Below, piece by piece: positions 56,318 through 63,354 of a DNA stretch of 63,354 nt. How positions within the stretch are numbered: position 1 is the first letter of the stretch; each line of letters opens with the position of its first letter. The stretch is from contig JACPCF010000025.1 in NCBI GenBank assembly GCA_016179965.1, positions 1 through 63,354 of the forward strand, in the 5' to 3' direction. Origin of the DNA: Candidatus Rokuibacteriota bacterium (GTDB taxonomy: Bacteria; Methylomirabilota; Methylomirabilia; Rokubacteriales; CSP1-6). The translations under genes and the position numbers were made by a program. The notes under the pieces are model-generated. The model was given only the letters and a program-made list of their open reading frames with translations, did no database searches and was not told where the DNA came from.

Positions 56318-57094
56318 ATGCTGCTGGTCATTGAAGTGGGGAACACCAACACGGGGCTCGGCGTCTTCGACGGCCGCCGCCTGCTGGTCTCCTGGCGCCT
56401 GACCAGCCGCCGCGAGCAGACGGCTGACGAATACGGCGTCTTCATCCGGACCCTCCTCGGCAATCAGGGAATCGACCCCGGGCGGATCAGGGCGGTGGCA
56501 ATCTCCAACGTCGTCCCGCCGGTCCAGCAGACGCTCGAGTGGATGTGCGAGAAGTACTTCGGCCTCCCCGCCTTCAGCGTCGAGCCCGGGGTCAACGTCA
56601 AGATCCCCATGCGGGTGGACAACCCTCACGAGGTCGGGGCCGACCGCCTCTGCAACGCCGTCGCCGCCGTGGAGTTCTACGGCCCGCCCCTCATCGTCGT
56701 GGATTTCGGGACGGCCACGAACTTCGACTGTGTGAACGCCCGCGGCGAGTTCATCGGCGGCGCCATCGCCCCCGGCCTCACCCTGGCGGCGGAGGCGCTC
56801 TTCTCCCGGGCGGCGCGCCTTTACCGGGTGGAGCTCGTGAGGCCGAAAGAGGCCATCGGGCGAAACACCGTGACCAATATCCAGTCGGGGCTGGTCTACG
56901 GTTACGCCGGCCTCGTGGACGGGCTGGTGGAGCGCATCCGGGCCGAGATGGACGGGGAGCCCAAGGTCATCGCCACCGGGGGCCTCGCCACCCTGATCCA
57001 GGGGGTGGCCCGCTCCATCCAGCACGTGAACCCCGACCTCAGGCTCGAGGGCCTCCGGCTGATCTGGGAGCAGACCCACCCCCAGGGTCCTTGA
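56318..57094 (+). CDS. coaX: Type III pantothenate kinase
   Basis: IEVGNTN, VGADR, VVDFGTAT, GGAIAPG, ATGG. Confidence 0.96.
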   Translation: MLLVIEVGNTNTGLGVFDGRRLLVSWRLTSRREQTADEYGVFIRTLLGNQGIDPGRIRAVAISNVVPPVQQTLEWMCEKYFGLPAFSVEPGVNVKIPMRVDNPHEVGADRLCNAVAAVEFYGPPLIVVDFGTATNFDCVNARGEFIGGAIAPGLTLAAEALFSRAARLYRVELVRPKEAIGRNTVTNIQSGLVYGYAGLVDGLVERIRAEMDGEPKVIATGGLATLIQGVARSIQHVNPDLRLEGLRLIWEQTHPQGP

Positions 57095-57162
57095 CAGGGG
57101 AGGCCCAGGCCCTGAACCGGTACACTACCCCGAAATATAGTAGTAGGGGAGGGCGGCGACAC

Positions 57163-58323
57163 ATGGGCATGTGGATCGGGCGGGGGCGCAAGGCCAGGAT
57201 CGCGTACGGCTTCGACGACATCGCCCTGGTGCCGGGAGCCGTCACCGTGAACTCCAACGAAGTCGATATCGCGTGGGAACTCTGCGGCCGGCGCTTCGAC
57301 ATTCCGATCATCGCCGCGGCCATGGACGGCGTCGTGGGCCCCCGCCTCGCCATCGAGATGGGACGCCTGGGCGGTCTGGCGGTGCTGAACCTCGAGGGGA
57401 TCCAGACGCGGTACGAGAACCCCGATGAGGTGCTCGACCACATCGTGGCGGCCAGCCTCGACGAGGCGACCCGCATCATCCAGGGGATCTACGGTGAGCC
57501 CATCAAGGAGGAGCTGATCCACAAGCGGCTCAGCCTGATCAAGAAGGGCGGCGGCCCCGCCGTGGTCTCCTCCATCCCCCAGCGCGCCGAGCGCTTCGCC
57601 AAGATCGCCGAGGAGGCGGGGGCCGACATCTTCGTCGTGCAGTCCACCGTCACGACCGCCCGCCACCTCGCCACCGAGTACACCCCGCTCGACTTCAGCA
57701 GGCTGAAGAAGAACCTCTCGATCCCGCTGATCGTCGGCAACTGCGTGACCTACGAGGCCTGCCTCGAGCTGATGCAGTGCGGGGTTGACGCGCTGCTCAT
57801 TGGCGTGGGGCCGGGCGCTGCCTGTACCAGCCGCGAGGTCCTCGGGCTCGGCGTCCCCCAGGTGACCGCGACCGTGGATTCGGCGGCGGCCCGCGACTTC
57901 CACTACAAGCAGACCGGGCGCTACGTGCCCATCATCACCGACGGCGGGATGACCACCGGGGGCGACATCTGCAAGGCCCTCGCCGCGGGGGCGGACGCCG
58001 TGATGATCGGCTCGGCGTTCGCGCGCGCGGAAGAGGCCCCCGGGCGCGGTTACCACTGGGGCATGGCGACGCCCCACCAGAACCTGCCGCGCGGCACCCG
58101 GATCCGCGTGGGCGTGACGGGGCCGCTCGAGCAGATCCTCTTCGGGCCCGCCTTCACCGACGACGGCACCCAGAACCTCGTGGGGGCCATTCGGACCTGC
58201 ATGGGATCCGTCGGCGCCCGCAACATCCGCGAGCTCCAGCTCACCGAGCTCATCATCGCTCCGGCCATCAAGACTGAGGGGAAAGTCTTCCAACGCGCGC
58301 AGAAGCTGGGGCTGCCCAAGTAG
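57163..58323 (+). CDS. guaB: GuaB3-family IMP dehydrogenase-related protein
   Basis: [42 protein letters not shown]; no CBS domain. Confidence 0.9.
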   Translation: MGMWIGRGRKARIAYGFDDIALVPGAVTVNSNEVDIAWELCGRRFDIPIIAAAMDGVVGPRLAIEMGRLGGLAVLNLEGIQTRYENPDEVLDHIVAASLDEATRIIQGIYGEPIKEELIHKRLSLIKKGGGPAVVSSIPQRAERFAKIAEEAGADIFVVQSTVTTARHLATEYTPLDFSRLKKNLSIPLIVGNCVTYEACLELMQCGVDALLIGVGPGAACTSREVLGLGVPQVTATVDSAAARDFHYKQTGRYVPIITDGGMTTGGDICKALAAGADAVMIGSAFARAEEAPGRGYHWGMATPHQNLPRGTRIRVGVTGPLEQILFGPAFTDDGTQNLVGAIRTCMGSVGARNIRELQLTELIIAPAIKTEGKVFQRAQKLGLPK

Positions 58324-58346
58324 TCAACCGGCGACCATGGCCGGTA

Positions 58347-59888
58347 ATGGATAAGATCGCTGTCCTCGATTTTGGCTCCCAGTACACCCAGCTGATCGCC
58401 CGCCGCATCCGCGAGCTCTCCGTCTACTCCGAGATCTTCTCCTGCCTCCACCCGCTCGACGACATCCTCGCGGGCGGCTACAAGGGGATCGTCCTGTCCG
58501 GGGGCCCTTCCAGCGTCTACGAGGATGGCGCCCCGCTCCCGCCGCGGAAGCTCTTCGAGGCGGACATCCCGATCCTCGGCATCTGCTACGGGATGCAGGC
58601 CATGGCCTACCTCCTTGGAGGACACGTGATCCCGGCCGAGCGGAGGGAGTACGGGGCGGCCGACCTCCGCCTCGAGGGGAGCGAAGGCCTCTTCGACGGC
58701 GTGAGGCCGGAGCACGGCGACCGGATCCGGGTCTGGATGAGCCACGGCGACACGGTGTTGAAGCCGCCCAGGGGGTTCGTGACCCTCGGCTCCACCGACA
58801 ACTGCCCCGTCGCGGCGATGGCCGACCCCAAGCGCCGCCGCTACGCCGTCCAGTTTCACCCCGAGGTCGTCCACACCCCGCAGGGGAAGACGATCCTCCA
58901 GAACTTCGTCGCCCTCTCGGAGGCCAACCCCACCTGGTCCATGGCCTCCTTCATCGACGCGGCCGTGGAGGCGATCCGGCACACGGTGGGGAGCGAGCGG
59001 GTCCTCTGCGCGCTCTCCGGCGGCGTGGACTCCGCCGTGGTCGCGGTCCTCGTCCACCGGGCGGTGGGCGACCAGCTCACGTGCGTCTTCGTTGACAACG
59101 GGGTCTTGCGCAAAGGTGAAGCCGCGTCAGTAGTCCACACCTTTCGGGACCACTTCAAGATCAACCTCGTGCACGTGGACGCGTCCAAGCGCTTCCTCCA
59201 GCAGCTCAGCGGGGTGGCCGACCCGGAGCTCAAGCGCAAGCGCATCGGCGCCGAGTTCATCGCCGTGTTCGAGGAGGAGGCCCGCAAGCTGGGCGAGATC
59301 CCCTGGCTCGCCCAAGGGACGCTCTATCCCGACGTCATCGAGTCGGTCTCCTTTCGGGGGCCGTCGGCGACCATCAAAACGCACCATAACGTCGGGGGCT
59401 TGCCGACCACCATGAGGTTCAAGCTCCTGGAACCCCTGCGCGAGCTCTTCAAGGACGAGGTGCGCCAGTTGGGCGAGCTCCTCGGGCTCCCGCCCGAGAT
59501 CGTCTGGCGGCAGCCGTTCCCCGGCCCGGGCCTGGCCATCCGGATCCTGGGGGAGGTGACCGAGGACCGGCTCGAGCTGCTGCGCGAGGCCGACGCCATC
59601 GTCCAGGAGGAGGTGCGGCGCGCCGGGCTCGAGCGGGAGCTCTGGCAGGCCTTCGCGGTGCTCCTGCCGGTCAAGACGGTGGGGGTGATGGGGGACTTCC
59701 GCACCTATGCCCAGGTGATCGCCCTGCGCGCGGTCATGAGCCAGGACGCCATGACCGCAGACTGGGCGCGGCTGCCGTACGAGCTGCTGGGGCGGATCTC
59801 GAACCGCATCATCAACGAGGTGAAGGGCGTCAACCGGGTCGTCTTCGACATCTCCTCGAAGCCCCCGAGCACCATCGAGTGGGAGTGA
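58347..59888 (+). CDS. guaA: GMP synthase
   Basis: [39 protein letters not shown]. Confidence 0.98.
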   Translation: MDKIAVLDFGSQYTQLIARRIRELSVYSEIFSCLHPLDDILAGGYKGIVLSGGPSSVYEDGAPLPPRKLFEADIPILGICYGMQAMAYLLGGHVIPAERREYGAADLRLEGSEGLFDGVRPEHGDRIRVWMSHGDTVLKPPRGFVTLGSTDNCPVAAMADPKRRRYAVQFHPEVVHTPQGKTILQNFVALSEANPTWSMASFIDAAVEAIRHTVGSERVLCALSGGVDSAVVAVLVHRAVGDQLTCVFVDNGVLRKGEAASVVHTFRDHFKINLVHVDASKRFLQQLSGVADPELKRKRIGAEFIAVFEEEARKLGEIPWLAQGTLYPDVIESVSFRGPSATIKTHHNVGGLPTTMRFKLLEPLRELFKDEVRQLGELLGLPPEIVWRQPFPGPGLAIRILGEVTEDRLELLREADAIVQEEVRRAGLERELWQAFAVLLPVKTVGVMGDFRTYAQVIALRAVMSQDAMTADWARLPYELLGRISNRIINEVKGVNRVVFDISSKPPSTIEWE

Positions 59889-59889
59889 C

Positions 59890-60210
59890 GTGACCACCCG
59901 GCACGAGATCGAGGACATCGTCAAGCGGATCGCCGAGGGGTATCAGCCCCTGAAGGTGATCCTCTTCGGGTCCTACGCCTACGGCGAGCCAACGCCAGAC
60001 AGCGACATCGACCTTTTGATCGTGAAGGACACGTCGGAGCGGTTCATTGATCGCTGGGTGGCGGTGAGGGAATTGATCGCGGACCCCGCACGGCGCATTC
60101 CGGTGGAGCCGATCGTTGTGACCCCCGACGAGCTACAGCGCCGTCTCGCCGGGGGGGATCAGTTCTTCCAGGAGATCATCGCCCGCGGGAAACTCCTCTA
60201 TGCCGGGTGA
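59890..60210 (+). CDS. Minimal nucleotidyltransferase (MNT)
   Basis: ILFGSYAYG...DSDIDLLIV. Confidence 0.92.
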   Translation: MTTRHEIEDIVKRIAEGYQPLKVILFGSYAYGEPTPDSDIDLLIVKDTSERFIDRWVAVRELIADPARRIPVEPIVVTPDELQRRLAGGDQFFQEIIARGKLLYAG

Positions 60211-60568
60211 GGAATCCCACTATGCGAGGGATTGGCGGCGCATCGGCCATGCCCTGGAGGACGGTGACCCCGAAGAGGCCGGATTTTGGCTCCAGCAGGC
60301 CCTTGAGAAATTCCTGAAAGCGTACCTCTTGTCCAAGGGCTGGAGTCTCAGGAAAGTGCACGACCTGGAGGTCCTGGTGAACGAAGCCGCCGTGTACATG
60401 CCGGATGTGGCGCGTTATGCGAAGGCTTGCCGGAAGATCAGCGGTTACTACGTCGCCGAACGATATCCGCTCCTGGACTCCCTCCAGCCGACGGTGGAGG
60501 AGGTGTCTCGCTCGAGGGAGGAGGTCACCGGGCTGGTGGAATTCATCCGCCGGGAGTGCGGGAAATGA
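60200..60568 (+). CDS. HEPN domain protein
   Basis: QQALEKFLKAYL, KVHDL, ERYP; overlaps the MNT gene and the dnaE start. Confidence 0.9.
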   Translation: MPGEESHYARDWRRIGHALEDGDPEEAGFWLQQALEKFLKAYLLSKGWSLRKVHDLEVLVNEAAVYMPDVARYAKACRKISGYYVAERYPLLDSLQPTVEEVSRSREEVTGLVEFIRRECGK

Positions 60569-63354
60569 CCCATTCGGACTTCGTCCACCTGCACGTTCAC
60601 TCGGAGTACAGCCTCCTGGACGGGGCGAGCCACCTGGACAAGCTCGTCGCCCGGGCCAAGGAGCTCCGCTTCCCCGCGCTGGCCCTCACGGATCACGGCA
60701 ATCTCTTCGGGGCGGTGGACTTCTACCTGGCCTGCCAGAAGGCGGGGATCAAGCCGCTCCTCGGCGCCGAGCTCTACGTCGCGCCGGGGAGCCGGTTCGA
60801 GCGGGCCAACCTGGACGGCTCCTACGAAGGAGCCAACCACTGCACCGTCCTGGCGAGGAACCGGGAGGGGTACAAGAACCTCATCAAGCTCGTCTCTAAA
60901 GCGTACCTTGAAGGCTTCTACTATAAGCCCCGGGTAGATAAGGAGCTTTTGGCCCAGCATTCCGACGGTCTCCTGGTCCTGTCCGGGTGCCTGAACTCTG
61001 AGGTCTCGCGGCTCCTGGCCGGGGGCGAGGAGGACAAGGCCCGGCAGGTGGCCGGCTGGTTCCAGGAGGTGTTCGGCAAGGACTACTACTTCATGGAGGT
61101 TCAGTCCCACGGGCTCCCTGAGCAGGCTCGGGTGACGGAGGCCACGGTCAGGATCGCCGCAGCCATCGGCGCCCCCGTGGCCGGCACGAACGACGCCCAC
61201 TACCTCGAGGCCGCCCACGCGCGGGCTCACGAGGCGCTCCTCTGCATCCAGACCGGGACCGCGATGCGGGACCCGAACCGCTGGCGTTTCGCCAGCGACC
61301 AGTTCTACCTGAAGTCCGCCGAGGAGATGCAGCGGGTCTTCGCGGACCTGCCGGAGGCCTGCCGCCATACTCTGGCGGTTGCGGAACGCTGCAATCTTGA
61401 GTTGAGCTTCGGCCAGTTCCACCTCCCGCGGTACCAGGTGCCCGAGGGGCACACGCTCGAGAGTTACCTGACGCAGCTCGCCACTGAGGGCCTGCGTCAG
61501 CGCTACGGCCCGGCGCCCCCCGACGCCGTGGTCGAGCGGCTCGAGCAGGAGCTGGCCGTCATCGAGAAGATGGGCTTCGCGGGCTACTTCCTCGTGGTGT
61601 GGGACTTCATCCGCTACGCCAAGGCCCAGGGGATCGCCGTGGGGCCGGGGCGCGGCTCCTCCGCCGGCTCGCTGGTGGCCTACGCGCTCGGAATCACCAA
61701 CATCGACCCGATCCGGTACGGGCTCCTGTTCGAGCGGTTTCTCAACCCCGAGAGGATCTCGATGCCCGATATGGACATCGACTTCGCCGACGACCGGCGC
61801 GACGAGGTCATCGAGTACGTTGCCCAGAAGTACGGCAGGGGGAACGTCGCCCAGATCATCACCTTCGGCACTCTCGGGGCCAAGGCTGCCATCCGAGATG
61901 TCGGCCGCGTCCTCGGAATGCCCTACAACGAGGTGGACCGGATCGCCAAGCTCGTCCCCGCGTTCCCGCTCAACATCACCCTGGACGAGGCCCTTTCGCA
62001 GTCTCCGGCGCTGGCCGAGGCGATCAGGAGCCAGCCCGAGCTCGCCGAGCTCTGGGAGATCGCCAAGTCGCTGGAGGGGCTCACCCGCCACGCCTCCAAG
62101 CACGCCGCGGGCGTGGTGATCTCGGACGAGCCGCTGATCGAGCACGTCCCCCTCTACAAGGACCCGAAGCGGAACGAGGTGGTCACCGGCTACGCCATGG
62201 GGCCCATCGAGAAGATCGGCCTCCTGAAGATGGACTTCCTCGGCCTCCGCACGCTGACCGTCCTCGCCAACACCGCCCGGCTGGTGGCGGAAGCGACCGG
62301 GAAACCGGTGGACCTGGACGCGATCCCCTTCGACGACCCGAAGAGCTACCAGCTCCTGTCGGAGGGCAAGACCTTCGGCGTCTTCCAGCTGGAGTCTGGG
62401 GGCATGCGCGAGCACCTGAAGAGCCTCAAGCCCGAGCGGCTGGAAGACGTCATCGCCATGGTGTCCCTCTACCGGCCCGGCCCCATGGATCTCATCCCCG
62501 ACTACATCAACCGGAAGCACGGCCGGGCCAAGATCACCTACGAGCACCCGCTGATGGAGAAGTATCTGCGGGAGACGTACGGGATCATGGTCTACCAGGA
62601 GAGCGTGATGCAGATCGCCTCGGAGATGGCCGGCTTCACGATGGGCGAGGCCGACATCCTCCGGCGCGCCATGGGGAAGAAGGACCGGGAGCTGATGGCC
62701 AAGCAGCGGGCCAAGTTCATCGAGGGGGCGAAGGGCCGAGGCATCCCGGAGCGGAAGGCGGAGAAGATCTTCGACCTCATGGAGAAGTTCGCGGGGTACG
62801 GTTTCAACAAGTGCCTGAGAGGTGACGCCCTTATCGAGCTGGCAGACGGCACCGTGAAGCCGATCACCGAGGTCCGCACCGGCGACCTCGTCCTGACGAA
62901 GGACGGCCCCTTCAGGGCCCTCGGTGTCCGGCCGAGCGGCGTCAGAAAGGTCGGACGGCTTCGCCTCGCAGACGGGATGGAGGTGCACTGCACTCCCGAC
63001 CATCCGGTCTTCACCCAGCGTGGGTGGGTGAATGCGGAGGACCTGGCCGCCGACGACTTCGTGGCCGTGGCGCGCCATCTTTCTCCGCCCGGGACCGCTG
63101 ACGTGATCCCGCTGGCCCTCTGCCGGGACCCCCTTCGAGAGGCGATCCTCAAGCGTTTTGCGAGTTTGAGCGCTGGCTGTCGCGAACTAGGTGTGGCGTA
63201 TGGCCTCGTATACCGAGACAGCCAGAAGCGAGGAATCCGCCGGGACACACTCGAATACGTCGCCGAGCGGCTCGATTCCCCCGAGCTTCACGCGCTCGTT
63301 GATCCCCTCATTGGCTGGTCGAGGCCCAAGAAGTTCGCCCCCCAGGGCTTCGAG
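60565..63354 (+). CDS. dnaE: DNA polymerase III alpha subunit, 3'-partial, intein-containing
   Basis: FVHLHVHSEYSLLDG, ALTDHGN, GPGRGSSAGS, PDMDIDF, KMDFLGL, FAGYGFNK; frame open to window end. Confidence 0.97.
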   Translation, partial: MTHSDFVHLHVHSEYSLLDGASHLDKLVARAKELRFPALALTDHGNLFGAVDFYLACQKAGIKPLLGAELYVAPGSRFERANLDGSYEGANHCTVLARNREGYKNLIKLVSKAYLEGFYYKPRVDKELLAQHSDGLLVLSGCLNSEVSRLLAGGEEDKARQVAGWFQEVFGKDYYFMEVQSHGLPEQARVTEATVRIAAAIGAPVAGTNDAHYLEAAHARAHEALLCIQTGTAMRDPNRWRFASDQFYLKSAEEMQRVFADLPEACRHTLAVAERCNLELSFGQFHLPRYQVPEGHTLESYLTQLATEGLRQRYGPAPPDAVVERLEQELAVIEKMGFAGYFLVVWDFIRYAKAQGIAVGPGRGSSAGSLVAYALGITNIDPIRYGLLFERFLNPERISMPDMDIDFADDRRDEVIEYVAQKYGRGNVAQIITFGTLGAKAAIRDVGRVLGMPYNEVDRIAKLVPAFPLNITLDEALSQSPALAEAIRSQPELAELWEIAKSLEGLTRHASKHAAGVVISDEPLIEHVPLYKDPKRNEVVTGYAMGPIEKIGLLKMDFLGLRTLTVLANTARLVAEATGKPVDLDAIPFDDPKSYQLLSEGKTFGVFQLESGGMREHLKSLKPERLEDVIAMVSLYRPGPMDLIPDYINRKHGRAKITYEHPLMEKYLRETYGIMVYQESVMQIASEMAGFTMGEADILRRAMGKKDRELMAKQRAKFIEGAKGRGIPERKAEKIFDLMEKFAGYGFNKCLRGDALIELADGTVKPITEVRTGDLVLTKDGPFRALGVRPSGVRKVGRLRLADGMEVHCTPDHPVFTQRGWVNAEDLAADDFVAVARHLSPPGTADVIPLALCRDPLREAILKRFASLSAGCRELGVAYGLVYRDSQKRGIRRDTLEYVAERLDSPELHALVDPLIGWSRPKKFAPQGFE
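62812..63354 (+). mobile_element. dnaE intein (3'-truncated), probably a mini-intein
   Basis: YGFNK|CLRGDALIELADG, CTPDHPVFT block B; no LAGLIDADG motif in 181 aa. Confidence 0.9.

Noticed and set aside
57091-57126. TTGACA and TACACT upstream of guaB as a promoter
   Set aside because: The 24-nt spacing is too long for a sigma70 promoter

Overview
GC-rich bacterial chromosomal segment, almost all on the + strand, mostly housekeeping genes of a diderm LPS producer. Gene order and repeat style suggest Candidatus Rokubacteria/Methylomirabilota, but that is inference only. It opens inside a class II ribonucleotide reductase (nrdJ) with at least four inteins; one ends in Gln, and two sit only 11 residues apart at consecutive catalytic cysteines. 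It closes inside dnaE, which carries an apparent mini-intein. Between them lie uvrBC, leuS-lptE-holA, rpsT, murJ, xerD, pyrG-kdsA-kdsD-lptCAB-rpoN-hpf-rapZ, a GH57 enzyme, metK-ahcY, fused lptFG, valS-birA-coaX-guaB3-guaA and an MNT-HEPN pair. Best unexplained signals: (1) a cassette of three paralogous small secreted Cys/His helical proteins, a type 1 cupredoxin and a heme-c/HAMP class III cyclase with a GTP-type Glu, bracketed by a duplicated leuS upstream region; (2) birA enclosed by a perfect 21-bp inverted repeat that also supplies the valS stop codon; (3) a structured xerD leader whose 9-nt loop is complementary to the start-codon region; (4) several families of modular REP/MITE-like palindromes, one in frame inside valS. 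Short deletions or frameshifts in leuS, murJ and a permease probably indicate assembly errors. All calls come from reading motifs by eye; no searches were run.
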